DNA of 64,000 nt from Perkinsus chesapeaki ATCC PRA-425 (taxonomy: Eukaryota; Protista; Perkinsozoa). The position numbers and the translations under genes were made by a program. The notes beneath the pieces were generated by a model. That model saw nothing but the letters and a program-made list of their open reading frames with translations, was not told the DNA's origin and searched no databases. The stretch covers positions 11,953 to 75,952 of the forward strand of contig JAAPAO010000107.1 of NCBI GenBank assembly GCA_013115145.1, in the 5' to 3' direction. Each line of letters opens with the position of its first letter. Positions within the stretch are counted from its first letter, which is position 1. This document shows positions 37,551 through 49,693 of this stretch, in pieces.

Positions 37551-38256
37551 ATAGGCGATAGGTTTAACGTGTTCTCCCATACAACATTACTGCCTTGCGT
37601 ACGCTCACTCCAATCCAGTAAAGGTGTCAGACCCAGCTAAATCCAGATAGAGTCTTCTGCTCGAGTCCGTCGCCTCATCGGGAGGAAGTTTTCTTTGAGG
37701 AGATTTCCGGCAGTACTGATAACATCTCTTCAAGTACGGATGTATAACTCGCCACGTTGATAATTGGAGGCTACCAATGAAATACTTAATACCGAAAACC
37801 TGCTGCAGCTTGAATGGATTTAGGGTACATCAAGGCGGGAGCGGCCACGAAGTTGGTTTTGAGTCGACAGTCGCACGCACACGCTGGTCACTGCGCGCGC
37901 CTTGATCTCGATATCTTCTGGTGCTCATATAATAGGCACAATGTGACTGAGTATGCAACTCTTTTGTGCCGTTTGTGTAAAGTGCTTCAATGAGTGATGC
38001 AAATCTATGCTCAGCCCTTTTGGTCTCGTCATATTGGCAATTTGCTTTTGAAGTCATGTCTCCCGCCAATCACATCTCGAAGGGGCCAATGAAAGTTGAG
38101 AGGTAGGGTGCTGCAATATGCCAGGCTCTTCCATACTTTATCGGATAGGAGATCTCACCGTCTAATGTTCAGGTTGACAGGAATAGCGCAAGACTGCGTT
38201 GTATCGGCAGTATTGTTCATCGCATTTTGCTACTGCTGGGGGGTGGGTGATGGAAG

Positions 38257-40116
38257 GTGGGTGAACAGGTAGAGTCCCTCAATGTCACGTCACTGGCTCC
38301 CAGGAGTTTCGCTGAGACCATCGACAATGTTGTCCATCTAACGTTATGGTTTTTACCTCGTAATTTAGCCGTAGGGGCACACTGGGTAAGATCACGTAAA
38401 CGACTTCATTATATATCATCATTTCTAGGTCTTCTCTTTGGTCGCCATCATCGGCTCCATTTGTCTTGCCGTCTCTCCGATACCTGGTCTGGGTAACAGG
38501 AAGGTTGTGAAGGCGGCCTCGTTCTGCATCACACTCGCCGCGGCCTATCAGTTTATCATGCGATGTCTCACTTCTGGTTTGTCCTCAGTGCTTTCTGCTG
38601 TGTCAATTTGACTCTGTACAGGTCCATGGTGTATTCGTTCGGTAGTCTGCGTAATCATACCGGTTGCTATGTCGATGTATTCTCCTCGAACCAAGGCAGT
38701 CGATGGTTTATCTCAATTCTCGGCTTGGGTATCTCAGCTATGCCTACGGTTAAGACATCTCTGTCGTGCTAGGTTGTCTCCCTCCGTATTCCACCGTTTG
38801 CTGCTCTCATCGCTCCGGTTTCTATAAGCCTTATCACTATGGAATCCTTGGGAGCGTCAATAATAAGTGCCGAGAAGGCTAATGCTGCGGTTAGCTCCGA
38901 ACTATCTAGTGCGCTGTTAGATGCTGCATTAGGTTTTCGCCCTGTGCCTCTTGCAGGCCGCCGCTAACCAGATTAACTCGGTCGCGGATTTCTATAACGG
39001 TATTGATGATGTTCAGACTGCGTCTGACAGGAGCTTAGTAGACGGAATACTCACACCGAAGTCCATGGTGAATCTTCCTTTATCGGTATCCTCTCAAAAA
39101 CATGTTCAGATATGGTCAGCCGTGTGTCTGACCAGCATATCAGCCGTTCTCCTGCTATCCACCTTGGTTGGTCTTGACTATTCCTATTGGGCATACGCAG
39201 TCGCCGTTTGGACTTTTGAAGCATCGCTGGCGGTAGTGATTGCTCACTCCATGGAATACGGCAGCAGTTTGTTTTCCAGGTGTTTTACACTTACGGTCCA
39301 TTCCCACTAAAATACTATGCTATGGGCGACTTGATCATGTACGTGTATATTCTGGCGCCTTTATCGAATTTCGCGTGGTCTCTCCCAGATTCCTTTTCTT
39401 TGGTCCTGGTGTGTGCGCCATGCTCGCCCTATGGACTGCCGATCCTACCGTATCCCTCTCTATTATTCCAGTGGTTTTCCTCTTTGTATTGCCGAGTCTC
39501 CTTGTTACCATTGGTGTAAGAGTTCGTCCGGCTCTCCCTGCACCGATGTAGCTCTCAGATACTCAACGCTAACAACATTCGTGATCTAGATTCTGACACT
39601 GAGGCTGGTATATATACGGTTGCTAACCTGCTAGGTCACAAAAGAAGTCGCATGTATGTTAGCGTGTACCCTCCTTATAGCGACGAGTTTGCAGTTACTT
39701 CACCGTCCTTCAATTGGCACCACATCTACTGTCACTTCTCATCGCTTATTTCTATCACTGCTATGGCATACTCTTTTCATTAGCTATCATGCCTCGATCT
39801 CTCTCTACAGTGTGAGTATACCTATCATTTGCTCCTTTATTCTCGAGGCTTGATTCAGTACCCACGTCTGTTTGGGCGCCCAGGATGATCCCCAATATAA
39901 GATGGTTGTCAAGTACGCCTCGCATACTACGCTCATGTATGGCCTTATTACGGCAATGGGCATAGCCACTGCTCCGATGGGGGCTGGTCTTGGTGAGGTA
40001 ACTCTTTGAATACCTCAGATTTCTAAACAATTCCCCTGTTTCAACTTTTTCAGGTCAGTCTCGGAGGAGTCTTCGTGTCCTCAGCTGTATGTGCATTCCT
40101 GTACCGCGTTGGCTAA
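38257..40116 (+). CDS. UbiA-family prenyltransferase, MenA/UBIAD1-like, multi-exon; start uncertain
   Basis: QAAANQINSVADFYNGIDD...DRSLVDG, YTYGPFPLKYYAMGDL, NNIRDLDSDTEAGIYTVANLLG. Confidence 0.85.
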
Positions 40117-41789
40117 ATAGTTCGCACGGAATAGGCTCAGGCTCATTTTTCGCGAATGTGGAATTTTATTTTCGTAGAGTGACTATTGACGATCTTTTCT
40201 CTAATTGCCAAGTGTAGGCACATACCATCTCTCCTTAATCGCTGATTGGTGACTGCGCCCTGCGCGCAAGACGTCCTTGCTACACTCATTACTGTCTCAT
40301 CATCATGTTAGACGAGATTTCGAGTTGGCTGGAATGTTTTTTGTTCAATTTTCAAAGTGATTGGTCAAATACACATAGGCCAGACAAGGGACTGGGATGC
40401 CTCGACACGCACTAATTTCCCGAGTACATTTCAATGCTTCAGCATTTTTAGACTCCCATAGTGTATAGCCTATCACGCAACCGCGACCAATTGTTGAGTA
40501 ACAGCGGTTAAGTTCGGGCTCTGTGGGGTTAGTATGCAAAGCTTGAGGCTCTGCATGATTCTAGGGCAGTAATCATAATAAGACTAGCGAGGCTCTTAAC
40601 AGTCTGCGTATCTAATGAACGCTGGCAATGTGACAGGCCTGACGATCCCTGTCACTTGTTCTCTACCATTAGGTATTTCTCCACGTCGTTTCACGGACGT
40701 CGCGGTGCCTAGTTGCCAAGGCATTTGCGTTAAATCAGCTTTCTTCTCGAGCCGTACGGAAGATACCGCGTCCTGCTGTGTTGTTCTCCTTCTACCAGTG
40801 GAAAATGCCAACGAACCAATTTTCGAATTCCACGTAAGGCTTAGCCGGCTTGCAACCGAGTAGTCCATATCAAACTTGAGCCGCTTGGGTGCAGTCCTTC
40901 ATTCCAAAAGTAAACCGACTGGGAATCTGAGAAAGTGTAGCCATTTTGAATCGGAGTGTCCGGCATTGAACCACGCCAAACAGGTAGGTGTCTATGAAGG
41001 AGTTCGGCATACCGCCTCATTGCTCCTCCACATGTGTCACGAATGCGCATACCAATCTCGACTCAGTTTACCTTGTTCGGACATAATAGTCTGCATAGTT
41101 CCGACCTTCTATTAGGCCTGAGAATGACTAGGGTATCGTGAGGTAGCCTTGTGGTGCCTCGACATAACATAAAGCAATTTCTACGGATAGCTCCACGGTG
41201 AGGTATCCATTGCAGCACAATGTACGCGCCCATGGGACAAAGAATGCACCGCAAAGACTAATGACCCAGCTTGACACTGGAAGATCAGTGGGCTTATATT
41301 CATGATCTGTTGACCGGAAGATCTCATTCCTTTATATAATTTAACTCGTGTCGTCATCCTCAGTTATTTCGCTGTGGCACTATTCATTAGGCACAGCAGC
41401 GAAAACACAACCCGCACGATTGAACTATGTGTTCGAAGGTGAACACAAGGAGCTCCTGCAGTGTAGGACCTACACCAGCACAAACCGCCTCATTTGGAAG
41501 GGTGACTTCGTAACAAGGCTTGCAGCTGTGGTCCCGCACTAGACGAACTCGGAGGCCATACATTCTACACATGTTGCTTTTTTCCTGGGCGAACGAGCCC
41601 CGCAACAACCCAATATAACGTGAGGTGGTGTCTACGGGAGGCGCCATAGTTAAACCTCCATTACAGCGCAAGGCGCGCACCCATGACGAAAAAGAAAACA
41701 CAACGAAGCCTACTGACCAAGCTTGACAATGGAATAATTGTGGGTTCATATCCGTAAGTTGTTCAACAGAAGGTATTCTCTTTTCATAT

Positions 41790-42788
41790 ATGTTCCGTCT
41801 TCTCGTCAACCTCGGCTATTTCGCTGGTGCTCTGGCCATCAGACATACCGGAGAAAACATTAGCGGTATGGCAAACGGCCCCCCAGTGAACGACCCCCTC
41901 TATAAGAATCAGGCATCGTATTTAGAAGCGATTAACGTTCCCGCAGCGTGGAAGCGCTTGGCCTCGACCAAGGTGGCGAGAACGAGGGTCACAGTGGCTC
42001 TCATCGATACCGGTGTGAAACCAGACCATCCTGACCTAATTGCTAACCTTGTCAAGGGCTACAATGTTTATGATCATAGTGATAATACTGGCGACCAGGA
42101 AGGACATGGTACCGAAATGGCTGGGATACTCGGTGCTACTATCAACAATAGAGAGGGAATAGCTGGCGTGATGGATCTTGTCAACATCTTTCCAATATAT
42201 GAAGGTATAACTGACACACCTCCAACTACCATAGCTGCCATAGACTATGTAATTCGTAACAGGAAATCCAAAGGCATCACCTTTATACTGATGGCGTCTT
42301 CGGATGAGACGATTGAACCGGCGGTAGTAAGCAAGATTAAAGAAGCTGATAAAGCAGGAATACTTATGATTGTCACTGCCGGAAATAAGGGCAAGAATAT
42401 TACCACCGAGAAAACCTTCCCATGCTCTCTAACTGAGCAACTGAGTGGAGTGTTGTGTGTGGCGGCCACAGAGCAGTCGAAAATGCAGCTGCCTTACTTC
42501 TCGAACTTCGCTAGCTACGTTGACATTGCTGCACCTGGTGTTAATATTATGACTACTGGCAACGACGTCAATTACAAAACTATGCCAGGCACATCTCCAG
42601 CGGCTGGAATTGTTGCCGGTGTGGCTGCTATGCTCTACAGCGTTGCTCCTAAGCTAACCCCTGCTGATGTTGAGAAGATTCTTAAGGACACTTCGCGAAA
42701 AGGTCTCAAAGATTCCAAAGGGAAGACGACTCTTGCATTTGGACGAGTTGACGCCGACAAGGCCGTAGCGAAGCTGATTCCTAGATAG
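41790..42788 (+). CDS. Secreted subtilisin-like S8 protease (copy 4)
   Basis: 332 aa with signal peptide, DTG, GHGT, TAGN and GTSPAAG. Confidence 0.92.
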   Translation: MFRLLVNLGYFAGALAIRHTGENISGMANGPPVNDPLYKNQASYLEAINVPAAWKRLASTKVARTRVTVALIDTGVKPDHPDLIANLVKGYNVYDHSDNTGDQEGHGTEMAGILGATINNREGIAGVMDLVNIFPIYEGITDTPPTTIAAIDYVIRNRKSKGITFILMASSDETIEPAVVSKIKEADKAGILMIVTAGNKGKNITTEKTFPCSLTEQLSGVLCVAATEQSKMQLPYFSNFASYVDIAAPGVNIMTTGNDVNYKTMPGTSPAAGIVAGVAAMLYSVAPKLTPADVEKILKDTSRKGLKDSKGKTTLAFGRVDADKAVAKLIPR

Positions 42789-44272
42789 TTCTGACATCTG
42801 TGAGATGATGCTATATATCGGTATTGAAAGCTATCACATCTTGATGACACTTGGGTGTTCTTTAGTCTAAGCTCTTGGATTGTATCTTGGGCTTCATAAA
42901 CTTTTCGTTCGGTTCGCGCCTTGTTGATCTTGTATATCTTTCGAAAGTTTTGTTATATCACAGCAGAGCCGAGTTCATCACAAGTATTCATTATGGGCGA
43001 TTCATCTTGCTGAGGAAGAGATGCAGTTCAATACTACTCGCGCTCGAGGACTAACCTTTTCATCCCTCTTGGATTCAGCATAGAGTGCTGTTCAGCATTC
43101 TTGTGGCTAACACGTTCCATGCGATCTCCTTAGGCGGAGACTCGGAGTTATATTGGTGAAACACATGAGAAACGTGCCCGAAGCTTATCACGTTTGAAAG
43201 GCATCATGAATAGTTCTATACCTTCGTAGGCATTGTAAAATAGGATAGGATCGAATTGACTAGCCAGTCAATGCGCGTTTGCCGACTGGCATTCACTGAG
43301 AGGGTTCTGTCCTAACACCGCATTCGTTACTTTATGTCACGTTGCTGTGGACAAGTGCGACCATGACATCGTGTAGAGGGAGCACTTGTGGACGGAGGGG
43401 AGGCATGACATCAGGATACATGGCAATCTGGCATCGCGGCTTGTCCGGAGACAGTCGAACACAATTTGTGTCAGGCAGAGCGAGAGGCTAGGCACTTTAC
43501 AAGTGACGTTTCTATCACAGACTATCGCTGGGATAAGAAGAAAGTCACATTAGTGACGAGGTTGCCGACAATACCTCCTCGTGTGTGTGTTTATAGTCCA
43601 ATGGCGAAGAGGGCTTAGTTAGACTATCCATACTATGTGCAGATTCCGAACAAGAGCTCAATACCTATACTAATCACTGTATGGTTCACTCAAAGGACTG
43701 CAACTAGTATCAACTTGACACTGTCAAGAGACCCTACTACCTCTGCGGAGGCGCCCAAGTCGCGCCGTCTGTTCAAGGTTCCTCGCGGCTTCTTCCACCT
43801 TTTAGACGCTTCACCACTTGGGACCGAGCCCGAAAACATCTTGCCCTATCTTGGAGTGTCTGACGGTAAGCGCATGAACTCTTCACAGTCGCATTATCAG
43901 GGCCACCCGAGTCATCATCTGTCATTACTCGACGCATAGATGACGGCTACGTCTCCTTCTTTGGAATCTTCTTCCACCGCGCGCCGAACGGGACACGTTA
44001 CCCGGGGCAGTGCCTTTTATCATGCAGAATATGTGACGGGTGTAGCCGGGCAAGTTACGGCATTTCTTATATGTTATCCAGCTTCGTACGCTCTTGTACC
44101 GACATGACGTAATTAATGCAGAAAAGATGGTAGTTACGCCACTTCCTACGGGAAGTTACTCTCCCCTAAAATGCCATCCAAGGAGCACCATCAATGTGAC
44201 GCCCTCCACTGCCGATAAGCACTGACAATCAACGCAGCTCTGCGAGCCCTTCCACCTCTCCGGCTACATAAT

Positions 44273-45292
44273 ATGCATCGACGCTTGACACTTCTCTTAT
44301 TCGTCAGGTCGATGATGACGACTAGAACCCCAAGCGAAGATCAGAGCGGCACAGCAGGCGGCCCTCCTGTGACTGACCCTTTTTATTTCGAGCAGGCGCC
44401 ATACTTGAAGCCCATTAATGTTCCGGGTGCGTGGGAACTTCTTACTTCTACTAGAGTGAAGAGAAAGAGGGTCACAGTCGCTCATATCGATACCGGAGTG
44501 AAGATTCCGGTGCATCCTGACCTGCGTACAAACCTTGTTACGGGTTATAATGTTATCGATCATAGCACCAACACCGCTGACAAGGTTGGGCATGGTACGC
44601 GTATGGCTGGTATACTTGGTGCTACTATTAACAACTCTGTCGGTATAGCTGGTGTGATGGACCTTGTCAACATCATGCCCATTTCTCTCGAAGATCAATA
44701 TGAGGCACGTCGCCAATCTGAGGCCATCGATTATATTATTAGGAACAAAGAATCGAAGAACATCAAAGTAATTCTTATGCCCATCTCATTCAGCATCACC
44801 ACTCAGGAGTTGGCGAACAAGGTCAACGAGGCCGCTCAGGCAGGAATACTCATGGTCTTCACCGCTGGAAACCAAGGCAGAAATATCACTGAAGCGGGGA
44901 TGTACCCGTGCTCTTACACTCAGTCGGTGGAAGGTATTCTATGCGTTGCTGCAACGGGGCGGTCGAATATGAATTTGATCCGCGACTCAAACTTCGCTGA
45001 CTATGTGGACATCGCTGCGCCTGGTACTGATATAGCAACTACGGGCTTCTTGCGTCCTTACGAAGCATCGGAGGGAACTTCTCCAGCATCTGCTATCATT
45101 GCTGGTGTAGCTGCTATGCTCTACAGTCTTGCCCCTGATCTAACTCCTGTCGATGTCAAGAAGATCATCAAGGATACTTCTAAAAAAGGCGTCAAAAATG
45201 CTCAGGGAAAGCCCGTTCGGTTCGGGCGAGTCGATGCCGCCAAGGCTGTAGCTAAGCTGATCCCGAAACGCGCAAGGGCCGTTGCACACTAA
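44273..45292 (+). CDS. Secreted subtilisin-like S8 protease (copy 5)
   Basis: 339 aa with DTG, GHGT, TAGN and GTSPASA. Confidence 0.92.
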   Translation: MHRRLTLLLFVRSMMTTRTPSEDQSGTAGGPPVTDPFYFEQAPYLKPINVPGAWELLTSTRVKRKRVTVAHIDTGVKIPVHPDLRTNLVTGYNVIDHSTNTADKVGHGTRMAGILGATINNSVGIAGVMDLVNIMPISLEDQYEARRQSEAIDYIIRNKESKNIKVILMPISFSITTQELANKVNEAAQAGILMVFTAGNQGRNITEAGMYPCSYTQSVEGILCVAATGRSNMNLIRDSNFADYVDIAAPGTDIATTGFLRPYEASEGTSPASAIIAGVAAMLYSLAPDLTPVDVKKIIKDTSKKGVKNAQGKPVRFGRVDAAKAVAKLIPKRARAVAH

Positions 45293-46359
45293 ATCATCAG
45301 TGCAGGCGGTCGTGGTGAAAGTTTTTCAGCCAACAAGCCTCAGCTCTTCACCGAGGTTCTTCTACAATTCTTTCGACGTGACAGTGACACGTCATTCGCT
45401 GCCAGCGAGTCGCTGGAAGTGACCTTCGGTAGGGGTTATGTTATTAATGCTCCGAGATTGAGGCTCATCAGGCGTTTAGTTCCGTCTCTCGTTGTCCTAT
45501 ATCAAGCTCGTCCTCTAATGAATGTTGAGTTGCACTCCAATGCGATCTAGAGCTAAGTTAACCACGTACTTCGGCAAAGCCAAATGGCAGATCTGACTGA
45601 CAGATGAGACTTAACTCAATGAGACTCTCAAACTAACTGAATTGAGACTTAACTGAATCGATGGTAGTGGTATTCACGATCTCTGCGACGTTGGGCTAGT
45701 CAACGTGCTCCAACCCGCACGATAAATGATAAGCGCCAGTAGATAAAGCCTTCCGCTCCACCTTGCCGTGAGACAAAACTGCTACTTGAGGATACGAGAT
45801 CAATCATCATTGAACACCCTCAAAAAAGCAACTTCTCTCGAGCGAAGTTCCTCGTAAGCTAAGTTCGTTGGTAAGTGTATCATCATTTATTGTACGGTTC
45901 AATTTGTACCACATGTCTGTACTATAGTACTATGTAAGTTCATTCGAGGCATTAAATGATGCGTCACTGCGAACTCAGTTCATCAAGATAGCGATACGGC
46001 ATTAAAGCCGCCGTGAAATATCTAAGTTATCGCCGCTCCTCGGCTGAGCGTGTTTACCTTGGACGTATGGGCTATACACCCAAGATCAACAATACTGTAA
46101 TACAGTATAGCAGTTGGTAACTAATGACAAAACTTTTCATGGACTTTTCGTATAGCTCAAACACTTCCGTCAGGACGCTTCAGATACAAGTTGTATCATA
46201 CAACCTGCTCGGTGCATCACCGGACTGAAGTTGCCACCGAAGACACACCAGCAGTCGATAAAAACGGCTGAAAAATAAATGGAAAATACCGAAATAGGAT
46301 ACCACTATGTTTTGCTCAAGTAGGTTATCACTCGATATATTATTATGCAGATAATAGAG

Positions 46360-47358
46360 CTATCTTGATAGCAGCTTCGCCACAGCCGCGTCAGCATCAA
46401 CCAAGCCGAATTTTAGAGTGTCCTTTGGAGTGCGTTTGATACCCTGTCTGGAAGTATCCTTGATAATTCTCTCCACAGCAACAGGAGATAGATATGGGTT
46501 AAAGCTGTAGAGCATTGCAGCCACGCCAGCAATGATAGCGGATGCTGGTGACGTTCCATAACAGCTGCCATACCGCATAGGAAGCAAAGTTGTTGCAACT
46601 GCTGCACCAGGTGCTGCAATGTCCACGTAATCTGCATAGTTAGAAAACGATGCCAGCTTCATCTCAGTGTTCTCTGTCGCGGCAACACACAACATTCCCG
46701 GTAGTCGCTTTGTGAGAGCGCACGGGTATTTTTTATTTCTCGTGATATCCTCGCCTCCATTTCCTGCAGTTACGATGACGAGCATTCCCGCTGCTACGGC
46801 TTGCTTGATTTTTTCCTGCACCTTTTGTTTCCGATTGAAGCCGGAAATAGCCATTAGAATTATTCTGATGCCCTTTGCATTCTTGTTGCGAATGGCGTAA
46901 TCTATGCCGTTGGCTTCGGTTTCTTCAGTGAAGGTTTCTTCCAAACAGACAGGCATGATGTTGATAAGGTCCGTAACACCAGCAATACCGATAGAGTTAT
47001 TAGTAGTAGCACCCAAGACGCCAGCCATAAGTGTACCATGCCCATGCTTGTCAGCTGTCTTAGTAGTATTCCTTATGACATTATAACCCTCGATAAGATT
47101 GCCGACTAGGTCAGGATGGTCCGGTTCAACTCCTGTATCGACAAGAGCTACGGTAACCTTTCTCCGTACCACTGGGGCCGAAGCCATACGCCGCCATGCT
47201 GCTGGTACACCAGCGAATTCTAAGTATGGTTCTTGAAGCCTGTAGTGAGGGTCATTTACGGGAGGGTCATTCCCGATTTCTGCTGCATCCCCCTCTGCTT
47301 GCCTAATAGTCACCGTTGGGGAGATTAAGTAGACCACGATGAGGGAGCAAGGCCGCAT
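46360..47358 (-). CDS. Secreted subtilisin-like S8 protease (copy 6)
   Basis: Likely start MRPCSLIVVY at 47358, with DTG, HGHGT, TAGN and GTSPASA. Confidence 0.92.
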   Translation of the reverse strand: MRPCSLIVVYLISPTVTIRQAEGDAAEIGNDPPVNDPHYRLQEPYLEFAGVPAAWRRMASAPVVRRKVTVALVDTGVEPDHPDLVGNLIEGYNVIRNTTKTADKHGHGTLMAGVLGATTNNSIGIAGVTDLINIMPVCLEETFTEETEANGIDYAIRNKNAKGIRIILMAISGFNRKQKVQEKIKQAVAAGMLVIVTAGNGGEDITRNKKYPCALTKRLPGMLCVAATENTEMKLASFSNYADYVDIAAPGAAVATTLLPMRYGSCYGTSPASAIIAGVAAMLYSFNPYLSPVAVERIIKDTSRQGIKRTPKDTLKFGLVDADAAVAKLLSR

Positions 47359-49103
47359 AATGAAGGAAGTGATCAAGGTGGGCCAATATGTCCTCTTCGC
47401 CCCATGATGGAGCTCCCGCGGTGGAGACCGGGGCCGGTAAATCGCATTGTGGTGAAGGTAAATCTCTAGGATAGCAGCTGTGAGGACGATGCGTGGTATG
47501 CACCTGCAAACCTTTGCATCCTACTAGCAGTCACTCCACTATGGAGCTGTCATACAAGTGTTCTCATCTATAGTGATGAGAACTGCTTTAATATGTCCCG
47601 GTTTCATCGTGTTGTTAGACCAGTTTATTTGCGCTGATGGAAGTCTTTATGCTCCAGCGGGATTTACCAGCTCAGTTCTACCGTAATTGACTCGAATATT
47701 GTTGATTGTGCACGCCTTTTGTCGGCCGTCCGTCCGCGGCAGGGTGAGCTCTTCCCGATAAGCACTTTGCGGCACTCGCGAAGCCGAAGATCAAAGCCTC
47801 TGTGGCCGACTAACTAGATGACGTATTCAGGGAGCAGAATCGTGCGAAGGATCTGCACAACATAGGTCTAAGCAAAGTACATCAATAACGGTTGAGTTAA
47901 CCGTGTTGTTGACCATCCAGATGCCTTTGCGGTTGACTTGTATAGAACGAGCGTCGAGTTTTTTACAAGTCCTCATTACCAGTGAGCTAATAACAGTGAC
48001 GCATCTGGCCCAGGAGGAGACGGTGCAGTTCTACTGGTGCTTCATAACTAACCTTCTGATCGCTCCAAGAATCAGCGCAGAACACCTTGAAGCACTAACT
48101 AGCATGCTTATGGCTCGCAGGACATCTTTTTTGAATTCCATAGGCAAATAACCGAAATTTAAATTGTTCACGCACTTGTTTCGGTCCATCGGAAACGTAG
48201 AGGAAACGGATGTGAGGCGTACACGCCACGTACTACGTGAAGGCATTCACCGGTTCGAATAGAACGGAACCGTGAATGCTATGCTTAAGCAAGGATACCA
48301 GTGCCTCCATCTGAAGAGTGATTAACGTGTGATCTACTGTACCATGGCATAGATTGATCTAGCTTTTCGTTACAATGATGCACTCTCTAGCGAAGAGCTC
48401 TCCCAAAGAGCCACGTACGAATGAAACTCCGCAGCAGGTAGGCTCAGAAGATAGTTTGTCAGTGTTCTATGGCAGATCAGGTATCCTCCACCACATCCAA
48501 TGAACCTCACTCCTGGCTTTCCTTGGCTATACTACTTTGGCTCGATCATGCCTACACGGGCATTTATGCGGTTGCTACTGGATGCCTCCTTGTTTACAAA
48601 AAAATCGACCGCGAGTAATTCATGATCCCGTCGTGGCGGCCTTGGAGCCTTGATGCTTGCTGCCAGGTCTCCGAACGATGGGACCTTCTTTCTTGAACTA
48701 ATTCTGGCCCTAGTGGTGTATCCTGCCACGGAGCTTCTTCGGCTCCACTGGGGTAAGCGAGCGTTAACTGGTAAATAGAAGAAGCTTCAGCTAGAAGCAC
48801 TTTCTGGTCATGAGTCCTTCTATACCGGCGGTTTTGACGGGTCTCTCTTCATCGCGGCCTTTTAGGTTCTGTTGCCAACCTCATCGAATCTCCATTTACA
48901 ACATGCACAGCTAATCTATGTGGTGTAGTTACAAGCTTGGTAGTTGGATACTTTATAAGGCACCAATTCTTTATGTGAGGAAAATGCTCGCCGGGTTCAC
49001 TGTCATTGCGCAAGCCGTAGAAGCTTACCTAGCTCAATGCCGGCTTTGAGAAATTCAATCGCGGCGCTGTAGGCGATCACGCTGATCGGTTTATGTAATC
49101 GTA

Positions 49104-49379
49104 ATGCGTTCGTTACAAGCCAGGTTTGACTCTCTCAGATTGGACGTGGATGTTATCCTAGGCTCGATAGCTTTAAGCTTAGCTGCAGCTGAGCTGCTCT
49201 TGGCCGTAATCACTGGATTCATCTTTTCTACGGTGCACTACAGCGAGTACTCCGAACTGCTTTCTCCATTTTCAAACTTCTTCCTCAGGTATGGGAAGAC
49301 TGGACCGATCCTCGTGACCCTTTCGGCAGCCCTCATGCTTGGCGCCATGATTGTGATTGTATCTTTTGGTTCTGACTAA
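49104..49379 (+). CDS. Small 2-TM hypothetical protein or fragment
   Basis: 91-aa ORF with two hydrophobic segments. No family recognised. Confidence 0.25.
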   Translation: MRSLQARFDSLRLDVDVILGSIALSLAAAELLLAVITGFIFSTVHYSEYSELLSPFSNFFLRYGKTGPILVTLSAALMLGAMIVIVSFGSD

Positions 49380-49693
49380 CTTTATTCCTCTTGTGTTAGT
49401 TATGAGTTCTCTGGGCACCAAACGCTAAGTCTGATAGTCGCACAGAGGCCTTCAGTTCTGTTAGCGGATCCTGCCTGCAGTAGGATCTCTTGACACTGGC
49501 TATAACCCCTTCGGTGAACAGTATAGTGGCAATCGCAGTATCAGTGTAAATCACTGTCGGCGAGCACACACAGATTGGTGAATCCAAGCAAGTTAATTTG
49601 TTTTATGAGCTCCCAAGCACGTTCAACCTGATAGTCGTTATATCTCTGCCGCCGCACTGCAATACTCAATAATAGCAACTCAAAAAGAAACCT

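Noticed and set aside
40937-40948. GTAGCCATTTTG as a spliced-leader relic
   Set aside because: Only 12 nt match, lacks the GCTCAAG end and is not at a gene 5' end.
47640-48900. Broken ORF-like segments, possibly a TE relic
   Set aside because: No diagnostic motif or termini found by eye.
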